From the NCBI GenBank assembly GCA_020054035.1, contig JAGVLY010000049.1:1-53394 (forward strand): a DNA stretch of 53,394 nt. Direction: 5' to 3'. Shown one piece after another: positions 11,157-20,411 of the stretch. A program made the translations under genes and the position numbers. This DNA is from Bacteroidia bacterium. GTDB lineage: Bacteria; Bacteroidota; Bacteroidia; SXHM01. The notes under the pieces were generated by a model. It was not told where the DNA came from and made no database searches. It saw only the letters and a list, made by a program, of their open reading frames with translations. Each line of letters starts with the position of its first letter. The first letter of the stretch is position 1.

Positions 11157-12233
11157 TTAATATACTTTTACTCGGGGATCAATCAGCGCATAAATAAAAT
11201 CAACGGCTATGCTTACCGCAACAAATATAACCGAAACTAATAACACCGAACCCATCACCACAGGTAAATCATATTTATTCAGTGCATCGAGCATTACTAC
11301 GCCCAAACCTTTCCATCCGAAAATAATTTCTACAAAGACAGCCCCTGCCATCAACGAAGCAAACCACCCTGATATAGCGGTAACTACAGGATTCAACGCA
11401 TTTACCAAAGCATGTTTAAAAAGGATATTGTAAAAGTGTAATCCTTTTGCCCGTGCAGTGCGGATATAATCCATGGAAAGCACTTCAAGCATGGAACTAC
11501 GTGTCAACTGCATTACAATCGCCAAGGGACGTATGCCCAAGGTAAAAGCAGGAAGTATTAAATTTTTCCAAGCAATGGTTTTGCCTTCAAATTCATCAAT
11601 CTCATAGAGGCTTCCTGTTACAGGCAATCCTGTTATATCTCCCAATAAATAAGCGAAAATCCATACTACTAAAATTGCCGCAACAAAAGATGGTAAAGAC
11701 ATTCCGAAAATACTTAACACAGTGCTAATTCTGTCGGCATACGTATTCTTGTTTACTGCGGCATACACACCCAAAAAAATTCCAAGTATGGTTGCAATCA
11801 GCATTGAAACCATCGCTAATATTGTTGTCCCCGGCAAGGCTTCTACTAATATGGAAGAAACGTTCCGCTGACTTTGATAGGAACGCCTGAGATAGGGTGC
11901 TTTTAAAACAACCGACTTTGAAGAAATTGAAAGAATCGTAACATAGTTATCGTATTTCGTTTCATCTAAAAACAAAAAATGTGTTTCATTCTTTGTATCG
12001 TGAAACGAAAGCGGAGAAACATCATTGAGAAATTTCAGGTATTGCTGAAACATCGGTTTGTCGCGCCCTAAATCTTTGTTGATTGCTTCAACCGATTCTT
12101 TATCTGCACGCTGCCCAAGCATCATACGCGCAGGGTCGCCCGGAAGAACGCTGAATAACATAAACACCACCGTAATAATCCCAAGGATAACCAGCAGGCT
12201 ATAAAGAATACGTCCAGTAAGGTATTGCAGCAA
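11157..12233 (-). CDS. ABC transporter permease (Dpp/Opp-type inner-membrane component)
   Basis: The N-terminus LTGRILYSLLVILGIITVVFMLFSVLPGDP is typical of DppB/OppB-type permeases. There are multiple TM segments and a TARAKGL EAA-loop-like motif. Start is TTG. No cognate ATPase or binding protein is adjacent. Confidence 0.8.
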   Translation of the reverse strand: MLQYLTGRILYSLLVILGIITVVFMLFSVLPGDPARMMLGQRADKESVEAINKDLGRDKPMFQQYLKFLNDVSPLSFHDTKNETHFLFLDETKYDNYVTILSISSKSVVLKAPYLRRSYQSQRNVSSILVEALPGTTILAMVSMLIATILGIFLGVYAAVNKNTYADRISTVLSIFGMSLPSFVAAILVVWIFAYLLGDITGLPVTGSLYEIDEFEGKTIAWKNLILPAFTLGIRPLAIVMQLTRSSMLEVLSMDYIRTARAKGLHFYNILFKHALVNALNPVVTAISGWFASLMAGAVFVEIIFGWKGLGVVMLDALNKYDLPVVMGSVLLVSVIFVAVSIAVDFIYALIDPRVKVY

Positions 12234-12239
12234 GAGCTA

Positions 12240-13523
12240 TTATTTTAAATACTTTTCTTTTACTTTTTGGTAGTCAGGAAAATCATTGTTGTGCCACTGT
12301 CCAAGCACCACCCCATCTTTCAATAACAACAATCCGGGATTTGAACGGATAATCGTTTTCAGCACTACTTGGTCGCAAATCCAGAACTCATAAGTGGGTT
12401 TATTCTGCTCAATGAATTTCTTCTCGGATTGCTCAGGAGAAGCTGTTACGCCAACAAAGTTAAACCCTTCGGCTTTTGCTTTTTCGGCAAAGGCATTAAT
12501 CTCGGATTGTTTGTCATTGCTGGCTTTGTCTATGTCATAGTAAATCAAGAGAAACTGATACCCAATAAAAAAGTCATCGGTGTATTCATCGCCAGCACGA
12601 TTACTTATACTGAAGTCACTGATTTTTGCTTCCACACCTTTTTCCAAAACTTCAATTCTCAGTGTATCGTATTTCCATTCTGTTTCATAATTAGGTGGAA
12701 ACGCAGTAAACTCTTGTTGCTTTCCGGTCGCTTTATTAGTAAGCAGATAGTGATATTGTACTTTATCAGGAATGCCCTGCATTTGCTCAGGAATACTTTT
12801 ACCGATAGCATAAGCACGGAAATCTTTTGCCGGTAAATGTGCATAACAACGATACGTAAAGTAGCCTGAAATAATTAACCCGATAAGGGTTTTGTACATG
12901 GCAACATTTTGCTTAGGCGCAATATAGCCCCAGAGAACATAACCACCAATCAGCACCAATCCAACTATGAATGGGAATGGCCATTTCAGCAGGCTGAACG
13001 ATAACCAGCCTAACGCACCGATGCAAAGAACCGCCATTACAATATCTAATACATCTACTTTATTTGGTTCAATCTTATTTTTTTGAGTGAAGATGAAAAG
13101 GATAAGCGTAAGCAGAACAATATCTTTGTAAAAAGATTCCCAAGGTGTAAGCGGAATGGCATCACCAAAACAACCGCATGAACGAACTATCTCGTATTGT
13201 GCAGATGCAAATGTTAAAGCTGTAAAAAACAAAATCAGCAACAACAGCAACCATGCAGTTAGCTTAGGAAGATACCCCGAAATGATAGCAATCCCCAAAA
13301 CAATCTCCAGAATAACCATAAAAATGGCTTGTTCTAACGAAAGGTCATGCAATAGCTTGAAGAAACCCTCTAACGGAGAAAAGTAAACTTTCAGCTTTTC
13401 AAACTCTTCAAAATACTCTTGTAGTTTATAAGAGAAACCAATCGGGTCATTGGCTTTTACTAATCCTGAGAAAATAAAAAGCGTACCTACTAAGTAACGT
13501 GCGATTTTTGTGATGTGGTTCAT
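12240..13523 (-). CDS. DoxX-like polytopic membrane protein fused to a C-terminal thioredoxin-fold-like domain (tentative)
   Basis: The start was chosen at MNHITKIARYLVGTLFIFSGLVKANDP, a DoxX-like N-terminus. About 6 TM helices are followed by a soluble ~170-aa C-terminal domain. Function is not established. Confidence 0.7.
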   Translation of the reverse strand: MNHITKIARYLVGTLFIFSGLVKANDPIGFSYKLQEYFEEFEKLKVYFSPLEGFFKLLHDLSLEQAIFMVILEIVLGIAIISGYLPKLTAWLLLLLILFFTALTFASAQYEIVRSCGCFGDAIPLTPWESFYKDIVLLTLILFIFTQKNKIEPNKVDVLDIVMAVLCIGALGWLSFSLLKWPFPFIVGLVLIGGYVLWGYIAPKQNVAMYKTLIGLIISGYFTYRCYAHLPAKDFRAYAIGKSIPEQMQGIPDKVQYHYLLTNKATGKQQEFTAFPPNYETEWKYDTLRIEVLEKGVEAKISDFSISNRAGDEYTDDFFIGYQFLLIYYDIDKASNDKQSEINAFAEKAKAEGFNFVGVTASPEQSEKKFIEQNKPTYEFWICDQVVLKTIIRSNPGLLLLKDGVVLGQWHNNDFPDYQKVKEKYLK

Positions 13524-13589
13524 GGTTTTATATTTTTCTGCGAAATTCAGCAACAGAACTTCTGTTGCCTGTTAATGCGTTGTTAAAAC

Positions 13590-14135
13590 TTACTTCCCTG
13601 CTTCGTTCAATCGTATCAGGGCAAAAATGCTGTAGTTGATAATGTCATGGTAGTTCGCATCAATCCCTTCCGAAACCAAAGTTTTGCCTTTATTATCTTC
13701 AATCTGTTTGATGCGCAACAGTTTCATCAGAATTAGATCTGTGAGTGAGCTCAATCGCATATCGCGCCATGCTTCACCGTAATCGTGGTTCTTGTCTTCC
13801 ATCAAACTCTTCGCCTCGTAAATGTAATTGTTGTAAAGTTTTTCCACTTCTAATGGATCCATCTCTGTGTTTTCAGCAACACCCAACGAAAGTTGTATCA
13901 AGCCAATCACCGAATAGTTAACCATTCCAATGTACTCTGAGCGGATATCTTCTGCTATTTTCTGTGTTCCCTTTTCTTCAATACTACGGATGCGGTTGGC
14001 TTTAATAAAAATCTGGTCGGTGATGGAACTGATGCGCAGCACACGCCATGCTGTTCCGTAATCTTTCATCTTTTTCAGGAAAAGGCTTCTGCATTGTTCT
14101 ATCACCTGTTCAAACTGCCGCGAGGTATTGCTCAT
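13590..14135 (-). CDS. DUF1599 domain protein (two tandem DUF1599-like repeats)
   Basis: Internal duplication: KDYGTAWRVLRISSITDQIFIKANRIRSIEE and HDYGEAWRDMRLSSLTDLILMKLLRIKQIED. As I recall, the divergent arrangement with folP is common in Bacteroidota. Confidence 0.75.
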   Translation of the reverse strand: MSNTSRQFEQVIEQCRSLFLKKMKDYGTAWRVLRISSITDQIFIKANRIRSIEEKGTQKIAEDIRSEYIGMVNYSVIGLIQLSLGVAENTEMDPLEVEKLYNNYIYEAKSLMEDKNHDYGEAWRDMRLSSLTDLILMKLLRIKQIEDNKGKTLVSEGIDANYHDIINYSIFALIRLNEAGK

Positions 14136-14174
14136 TATTTTAGGATATTTGCGCTGGAAATTATCTATTAAAAC

Positions 14175-15059
14175 GTGGCGAAAGATACAGTTTTTACAAA
14201 GAAAAAAACGCTGAATTGCAGGGGCAAACTCCTCGATTTATCAACGCCTGTAGTGATGGGAATTCTAAATCTTACACCTGATTCGTTTTACGATGGAGGC
14301 GAACTCACCACAATTGATGCCGCTATAACTAAATGTTCAAAGATGCTGAACGATGGTGCTGCAATTATTGATATAGGTGCATATTCAAGTCGCCCAGGAG
14401 CAGAAGACATAAGTGAAGAAGAAGAACTGAAACGATTGTTGCCTTACCTGAAAGAATTAGTTATAAGTTTTCCTGATGCTGTTTTTTCGGTGGATACATT
14501 TCGGGCTACTGTTGCAAAAACAGCAATTGAAAACGGAGCAGCTATTATTAATGATATTTCGGGGCAGCCTCACCCCCAACCCCTCTCCAAAGGAGAGGGG
14601 AGCAACGCGAGCATGTTTGAACTCGTTGCGTCTTTAGGAGTTCCATATATATTGATGCACATTAAAGGAACACCGCAAACCATGCAACAGAATTTACAAG
14701 AAGGAAAAATACTGAATGACGTAATGTATTACTTCTCCGAAAGACTAAACAACCTTCACCGCCTTGGAGTAAATGATATTATTCTTGACCCCGGCTTTGG
14801 CTTCGGGAAAACGATAGAGCAGAATTATGAACTGCTAAGAGAATTTGAGCAATTCAAAATGTTTGATAAACCTCTGTTGGCAGGAGTTTCCCGAAAATCA
14901 ATGATTAATAAAGTGCTGGGAACAAAACCTGAAAATGCACTGAATGGAACTACGGTTTTAAATACCTTGCTCTTAGAACGAGGTGCTGATATATTGCGGG
15001 TGCATGATGTAAAAGAAGCGGTGGAGGCGGTGCAATTGGTGCTAAATAGTTCACTTTAA
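14175..15059 (+). CDS. folP: Dihydropteroate synthase
   Basis: Contains VMGILNLTPDSFYDGG, IDIGAYSSRPGA, INDISG, DPGFGFGK and LAGVSRKS, the canonical DHPS motifs. Start is GTG. It carries an in-frame palindromic insertion, listed separately. Confidence 0.92.
   Translation: MAKDTVFTKKKTLNCRGKLLDLSTPVVMGILNLTPDSFYDGGELTTIDAAITKCSKMLNDGAAIIDIGAYSSRPGAEDISEEEELKRLLPYLKELVISFPDAVFSVDTFRATVAKTAIENGAAIINDISGQPHPQPLSKGEGSNASMFELVASLGVPYILMHIKGTPQTMQQNLQEGKILNDVMYYFSERLNNLHRLGVNDIILDPGFGFGKTIEQNYELLREFEQFKMFDKPLLAGVSRKSMINKVLGTKPENALNGTTVLNTLLLERGADILRVHDVKEAVEAVQLVLNSSL
14568..14603. repeat. Short GC-rich palindromic element inserted in frame within folP
   Basis: CCTCACCCCCAACCCCTCTCCAAAGGAGAGGGGAGC. 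The hairpin is CCCCTCTCC (14580-14588), AAA, GGAGAGGGG (14592-14600). It translates as PHPQPLSKGEGS, right after the conserved INDISG motif. Confidence 0.7.
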
Positions 15060-15093
15060 TTATTTAATTTTGTGTCATCAACAAAGCAATAAC

Positions 15094-15315
15094 ATGAAAC
15101 AAATAACTTTAGAAATTTCAGAGAAAAAATATCCATTCTTTTTAGAATTAGTTAAAAGTTTGGATTGGGTTAAAAAAGTAGAGGTAATTGATAATGATGA
15201 ACCTACTAAAGAAGAAATACTAAAAGGTTTGCGTGAGGCGGTGGAAGAAGTAAAAAAAATAAAATCAGGAAAAGCTAAAGCAAAATCTTTATCTGAGTTT
15301 TTGAATGAGCTATAA
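15094..15315 (+). CDS. Putative antitoxin of a type II toxin-antitoxin pair
   Basis: 73-aa acidic and basic protein (MKQITLEISEKKYPFFLELVKSLDWVKKVE...). Its 3' end overlaps the downstream RelE/ParE-like gene by 11 nt. Confidence 0.65.
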   Translation: MKQITLEISEKKYPFFLELVKSLDWVKKVEVIDNDEPTKEEILKGLREAVEEVKKIKSGKAKAKSLSEFLNEL

Positions 15316-15628
15316 AGTCTCTACCATTGCCAACTTCCGAAAAGAAGCAAAAAGGCTCATAAAGAAATATCCTTCGCTAAAGTCAGAGATTGAGGAATTG
15401 GGTGAAGAACTTTCTGAAAATGCTCAATTAGGTACACCGCTTGGAAATAATTGTTTTAAAATCAGACTTTCCATTGCATCAAAAGGAAAAGGCAAGAGTG
15501 GAGGTGCAAGAGTTATTACTTATTTTTTAGTTACAGAAACAACTGTTTTTCTTCTTTCTATTTATGATAAATCTGAGAAATCAACCATTTCTGATAAAGA
15601 GCTAAAAGAGCTACTTACTGATATTTAG
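15305..15628 (+). CDS. RelE/ParE-family type II toxin
   Basis: 107 aa with the GKSGGARVITY motif and a size and basic composition typical of RelE/ParE-superfamily toxins. It overlaps the upstream small gene. Confidence 0.75.
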   Translation: MSYKVSTIANFRKEAKRLIKKYPSLKSEIEELGEELSENAQLGTPLGNNCFKIRLSIASKGKGKSGGARVITYFLVTETTVFLLSIYDKSEKSTISDKELKELLTDI

Positions 15629-15658
15629 TAGTCTCAACTACTAAAATTAGGTTGCTCT

Positions 15659-15928
15659 TTAATTCACCGCAACCTTAAAATATTTATCCACCTTTTCATT
15701 TCGCTTACGGGCTAAACTGGCAAAGTTCAGGATGTTGAGCAATGTCTTTTCGTTAGGCAAAAACTCCATAGCATCTATCAGCGATTGCAGTTCGCGGGTC
15801 ATTTCATATTCTTCGCTGAACCAGATTTCTTTTTCCAAAGCTTTATTCAGTGCAATTACTTCTGTGCTTGTCTTGTCAGGATGTGCATAAACAAGCTCCG
15901 TCAATTCTTCAAACGTCAACATTTTCAT
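15659..15928 (-). CDS. Hypothetical protein (89 aa)
   Basis: Clean ORF with protein-like composition, divergent from the phosphatase gene. No motif recognised. Confidence 0.55.
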   Translation of the reverse strand: MKMLTFEELTELVYAHPDKTSTEVIALNKALEKEIWFSEEYEMTRELQSLIDAMEFLPNEKTLLNILNFASLARKRNEKVDKYFKVAVN

Positions 15929-16005
15929 ACTTGTATTAAAGGATTACAAGGCTCTAACGCTGCTTTTTAAAATTTGTTGTGCTACAGAACATTATTAATG
16001 TACAG

Positions 16006-16920
16006 ATGTTCAAAGTGCTTACAGAGAATAGCAAAATGGAAGACGTATTGGTTTTGAAAGAGCAAATTGCAGCGCAACAGGACATGCTGGCGAGAACAAC
16101 TTCCTACATGACCGAAATTCAAAAGGAACTTTTGTTGAAAAACAGCATTCTTGAGCAAAAAAATCATGACATCAAACAAAATCTTGATTATGCCGGAATT
16201 ATCCAAAATACACTTATTCCGCAACGCGAATACATTATAAAATACCTGAAAGACTGTTTTATCCTTCATAAGCAACGTGATCAGATTGGTGGAGATTTAC
16301 CTTGGTTCAGGCATCAAAATAAATTATCATACATAGCAGCGGTTGACTGCACAGGACATGGGATTCCGGGCGGAATGCTCACCATGGTCTTGTACTCGCT
16401 GCTGAATGCTGTTTGCGGTGAAAATGGAAACGCTCTTGCTCAGCCGGGTGAGATACTAAACCGATTAAATAATGAATTTAAAAAGTATTTTGGTCAAAAC
16501 ACCAATAATGCAAATACAAGAGATGGCTGCGACATAGCCTTGTGCATTATTGATAAAGAAAAAAACGAAATCCGTTTTTCCGGTGCTAACCGCCCAATGG
16601 TGGTGGTTACAAATAATGAAGCCGAACTGTTTTATGCCGAAAAACAATCCATAGGTTCGGCTGAGATTGAAAGTTTTAAGACCGTATCAGTGCCTATTAA
16701 TCCCAGATCAAACTACTACATATTTACTGACGGCTATTTTGACCAGTTTGGCGGGCCGGACGACAAACGATTTAAGAAAAAGAACCTTCTTGGTCTTCTT
16801 ACTTCTTTACAAAATCTGTCTATGTCTGCCCAAAACAAAATCCTGCTTGAAACATTCATAAATTGGAAACATACTAATGAACAAACCGATGATGTTCTTG
16901 TCATAGGTTTCAGACCATAA
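16006..16920 (+). CDS. SpoIIE/PP2C-family protein phosphatase with N-terminal coiled-coil
   Basis: DCTGHGIPGGMLTMV, CDIALCIID and the C-terminal TDDVLVIGFR are characteristic of the SpoIIE/PP2C domain. The first ATG at 16006 was chosen. The track GTG at 15979 and the ATG at 16036 are alternatives. Confidence 0.8.
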   Translation: MFKVLTENSKMEDVLVLKEQIAAQQDMLARTTSYMTEIQKELLLKNSILEQKNHDIKQNLDYAGIIQNTLIPQREYIIKYLKDCFILHKQRDQIGGDLPWFRHQNKLSYIAAVDCTGHGIPGGMLTMVLYSLLNAVCGENGNALAQPGEILNRLNNEFKKYFGQNTNNANTRDGCDIALCIIDKEKNEIRFSGANRPMVVVTNNEAELFYAEKQSIGSAEIESFKTVSVPINPRSNYYIFTDGYFDQFGGPDDKRFKKKNLLGLLTSLQNLSMSAQNKILLETFINWKHTNEQTDDVLVIGFRP

Positions 16921-16934
16921 CTAAATCCAAACAC

Positions 16935-17375
16935 ATGAAAATTGAAAACGAAATAATACCCCATGAACTGAAACCGGTTTCAGAAAACAATTACGCTAAA
17001 ACCTATTTTAACAAAGAGTTCTCTCTTGTAGTAATGGAGGTAAAAGCACCCTACATTCCTATTGAAGGGTTTATGGCAATGTTTAATGAGCTTTCTCCAT
17101 TTGTTAAGCAACATGGTATTAAGAAATTCATTTTCGACAAGCGCAAAATGACCACTTTTCACCAACCTTCCATGGAATGGTATTTTATTGAGTGGAAACA
17201 AAAAATGTATGAACACGGCTTGAGTGTTCACCGTAAAATACTGCCCGATGCAGACTGGTTTGCCAAATGCGTGGAAGCAGGCAGGGCGCAAATAATAAAA
17301 GATTATCCTGATAACATTATTCACAAATTAGACATCCGCTACTGCAAATCAGTTGCTGAGGCCATAGAAGTTTAG
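16935..17375 (+). CDS. Hypothetical protein, possible partner of the adjacent phosphatase
   Basis: 146-aa ORF that starts 15 nt after the phosphatase stop on the same strand. No motif recognised; a STAS-like partner role is only a guess from context. Confidence 0.6.
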   Translation: MKIENEIIPHELKPVSENNYAKTYFNKEFSLVVMEVKAPYIPIEGFMAMFNELSPFVKQHGIKKFIFDKRKMTTFHQPSMEWYFIEWKQKMYEHGLSVHRKILPDADWFAKCVEAGRAQIIKDYPDNIIHKLDIRYCKSVAEAIEV

Positions 17376-17405
17376 CAGGATATGGTATTTTTGGCGGCTT
17401 AAATT

Positions 17406-18167
17406 ATGCCGCTCCACCCTCGCTATTTTCTAAAACTTGCTTATAAAGGAACCAACTTCCATGGCTGGCAGGTACAGGCAAATGCTCATTCGGTGCAGGC
17501 TGAACTGATTTCTGTTTTATCAAAAGTATTGCGCGAAGAGGTTTACGTTTACGGAGCAGGACGGACCGACACAGGGGTTCATGCTGCCCAAATGTATGCC
17601 CACTTTGATTGCAGCAGAGATTTAATTCCCGGTAAAAAGGATTTGATTTACCACATTAACTGCACGCTTAATAAAGATGTTGCCGTGTTAGACATTATTC
17701 GTGTGCGCGACAATGCTCATGCACGTTTTGATGCCATTGCCCGCACTTACAAGTATCAGATAACCCATACGCCCAACCCGTTTTTACGCGATTATGCCTG
17801 GTTTATTTATGGCGAATTAGACATTGAAAAAATGAACAAAGGCGCTGCATCGTTGTTAGGCAAAAAGGATTTTAAAAGTTTCACAAAAGGAAACACACAG
17901 GTTGACAACTATATCTGTGATGTGCAGTTTGCAGAATGGAAACAAGAGGGCGATATACTTGTGTTTACCATCAGGGCTAACCGTTTTTTACGCAACATGG
18001 TTCGCGCTATAGTAGGCACATTGGTAGGTGTAGGTAAAAACAAAATAACCTTTGAGCAGCTTGATAAAATTGTAGAAGGACAAAACCGAGCTGAAGCAGG
18101 GTTTTCGGTGCCGGCTCAGGGGTTGTCATTGGTAAAGATTGAATATAAAGATGGTGTGTTTTTGTAA
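17406..18167 (+). CDS. truA: tRNA pseudouridine(38-40) synthase
   Basis: YKGTNFHGWQVQ, GAGRTDTGVHA (catalytic Asp) and RFLRNMVR are canonical TruA motifs. Length is 253 aa. Confidence 0.93.
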   Translation: MPLHPRYFLKLAYKGTNFHGWQVQANAHSVQAELISVLSKVLREEVYVYGAGRTDTGVHAAQMYAHFDCSRDLIPGKKDLIYHINCTLNKDVAVLDIIRVRDNAHARFDAIARTYKYQITHTPNPFLRDYAWFIYGELDIEKMNKGAASLLGKKDFKSFTKGNTQVDNYICDVQFAEWKQEGDILVFTIRANRFLRNMVRAIVGTLVGVGKNKITFEQLDKIVEGQNRAEAGFSVPAQGLSLVKIEYKDGVFL

Positions 18168-18174
18168 AATAGTT

Positions 18175-18275
18175 GTCACTTCGAGCACGACAAATGTCCA
18201 GTGGATATTTGGGCGAGCATGTGTGAAAGCGAGAAGAAAATAATAATAAAGTGTCTCGACTACGCTCGACATGAC
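18175..18275. repeat. REP/MITE-like ~100-bp unit bounded by inverted GTCAY..CGAGC ends
   Basis: GTCACTTCGAGC at 18175 pairs with GCTCGACATGAC ending at 18275 (reverse complement GTCATGTCGAGC, 10/12 match). The internal CTCGACTACGCTCGA shares GAGCGTAGTCGA with the element at 21865. Confidence 0.6.
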
Positions 18276-18317
18276 AACAATCGCAAAATCACTAATTCAC
18301 CAAATCACAAATAGAAA

Positions 18318-20087
18318 TTGAGTAAAGTTACAGGCAACGCAGTAGATTTTCCCGTTTTGAGCAGGGTGTTTGAATTTGTAAAGCCTTACAAAAAGACGTT
18401 TGCTATTACGCTGTTTCTCACCATTGCGCTGGCGTTCCTCTCGCCTTTGCGCCCTTGGTTAATTCAATATACGTTTGACCATCACATTGCAAATGGTGAC
18501 GGGCAAAGTCTGCTTTATATGACTTTGCTAATGGTGGCTTTGCTTTTCGTTGAAGCCGTCCTCAACTTCTATTATATCTATTTAGCCAACTGGTTGGGGC
18601 AGGTGGTTATCCGTGATTTGCGGGTAAAGCTCTATTCACATATCAATCAATTCCGCTTAAAATATTTTGACCATACGCCTATAGGAACATTGGTTACCCG
18701 CGTTATTTCTGATATGGAAACCATTGCCGATATTTTCTCGGAAGGCTTGCTGGTTATTATTGGTGATGTACTGAAACTGATAGTGGTTATTGGTGTAATG
18801 TTTTGGGTGGATTACCGTTTGGCGTTAATCAGCCTTTCTACCATTCCGCTGCTTCTATTTAGCACATGGTTGTTTAAGAATGCTATTAAATCATCGTTTC
18901 AGGAAGTGCGCAACGAGGTGGCAAAACTCAATGCCTTTTTGCAAGAGCATATTACGGGAATGAATGTAGTTCAAATCTTCAACCGTGAAGACGAGGAGAT
19001 GGATCGCTTTAAAAAGATAAATGCCCGCCACCGCGATGCTAACATTGATTCGGTTTGGTACTATTCTATTTTTCTTCCGGTGGTGGAGGTTTTGTCTGCC
19101 GTTTCCATCGGGCTGCTGGTTTGGTGGGGCGCAAAAGGGGTTATTCGTGATGAAGTAACATTGGGAAATCTGGTTGCTTTTATCCTTTACATCCACATGC
19201 TTTTCCGTCCTATCCGAGAACTTGCTGATAGGTTCAATACCCTGCAAATGGGCATGGTAAGCAGCGAGCGTGTTTTCAAAATGATGGACACTGTTTCGGT
19301 GATTGATAACAACGGAAAACAAAACATGGATGCGATGAAAGGCGAAATAAAGTTTGAAGATGTTTGGTTTGCCTACAATGAGGAGGACTGGGTGCTGAAA
19401 GGCATTTCGTTTACCGTAAAGCCGGGCGAAACAATGGCGCTCGTTGGTGCAACAGGCTCTGGAAAATCTTCCATTATCAGTTTACTCAGTCGTTTTTACG
19501 AATACAACAAAGGCAAAATAACTATTGACGGTATTGACATCCGCGATTATGAACTGAACGAATTGCGCAAAAACATAGCGGTGGTGTTACAGGATGTATT
19601 CCTATTCTCAGACACCATTGCCAACAACATTTCCATGAAGAATGAAGCGGTTACCAAGGAGCAAATCCGCGAAGCCGCAATAGCTGTTGGTGCTGATGAG
19701 TTCATTTCTTCGCTTCCCGGAAACTATGATTATAATGTAATGGAACGCGGGGCAATGTTGAGCGTTGGTCAGCGTCAATTGATTTCATTCATCCGTGCTT
19801 ATATTTATAATCCTAAAATATTGGTGCTGGACGAGGCAACTTCTTCTATTGACACCGAATCGGAGTTCCTAATCCAAGCAGCAATGAACAAACTGACCGA
19901 AAACCGAACTTCCATCGTTATTGCCCACCGTCTTGCAACGGTTCAAAAAGCCGATAAAATTATTGTCCTCGAAAAAGGCGAAATCCTTGAAATGGGCACC
20001 CACCAGCAACTGCTTAAAAACAACGGACATTACAAAACGCTGTTTGAGTTGCAGTTTAAGAATAACAAAGCCGCCAATCTGGTCTAA
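18318..20087 (+). CDS. ABC exporter, fused permease/ATPase (MsbA-like)
   Basis: An N-terminal 6-TM domain is followed by Walker A GATGSGKSS, signature LSVGQRQ and Walker B ILVLDEATS. Start is TTG. Confidence 0.9.
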   Translation: MSKVTGNAVDFPVLSRVFEFVKPYKKTFAITLFLTIALAFLSPLRPWLIQYTFDHHIANGDGQSLLYMTLLMVALLFVEAVLNFYYIYLANWLGQVVIRDLRVKLYSHINQFRLKYFDHTPIGTLVTRVISDMETIADIFSEGLLVIIGDVLKLIVVIGVMFWVDYRLALISLSTIPLLLFSTWLFKNAIKSSFQEVRNEVAKLNAFLQEHITGMNVVQIFNREDEEMDRFKKINARHRDANIDSVWYYSIFLPVVEVLSAVSIGLLVWWGAKGVIRDEVTLGNLVAFILYIHMLFRPIRELADRFNTLQMGMVSSERVFKMMDTVSVIDNNGKQNMDAMKGEIKFEDVWFAYNEEDWVLKGISFTVKPGETMALVGATGSGKSSIISLLSRFYEYNKGKITIDGIDIRDYELNELRKNIAVVLQDVFLFSDTIANNISMKNEAVTKEQIREAAIAVGADEFISSLPGNYDYNVMERGAMLSVGQRQLISFIRAYIYNPKILVLDEATSSIDTESEFLIQAAMNKLTENRTSIVIAHRLATVQKADKIIVLEKGEILEMGTHQQLLKNNGHYKTLFELQFKNNKAANLV

Positions 20088-20146
20088 TTCAAGACCTAAA
20101 TATGACCAATTCCGTACTTATTTAATACGTTTTCGAAGACTAATTG

Positions 20147-20347
20147 TGCCTATTCAGACTATTAAGATGCCTATTTAGATACTTAGAGTACCTATTCGGT
20201 AACTTAGGTTACCTATTTAGATACTAATCATTCCTATTCGGATAGTATAGCTACCAATTTGAATAGTTAGACTACCTATTCAGGCTTATAACCTACCTAT
20301 TCCGTATTTGAAGGTGCGTATTTGAACTTTTAGACTACCTAAACAGG
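20147..20347. repeat. Degenerate tandem array, about 10 units of ~21 bp (TACCTATTYRGATACTTAGRN-like)
   Basis: Unit starts read at 20147, 20168, 20189, 20210, 20232, 20252, 20273, 20294, 20319 and 20336. Every unit begins (T/G)(A/G)CCTATT or a close variant. The array lies in a convergent intergenic region. Confidence 0.8.
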
Positions 20348-20411
20348 CGCAATTCAAATACCAAGAAAGGCGGTACAGAGTTTTAACAGACAATAATAAC
20401 TTGTAATTAAT

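Noticed and set aside
20147-20347. Possible CRISPR array.
   Set aside because: The units are contiguous degenerate repeats of ~21 bp with no unique spacers, and there are no cas genes nearby.
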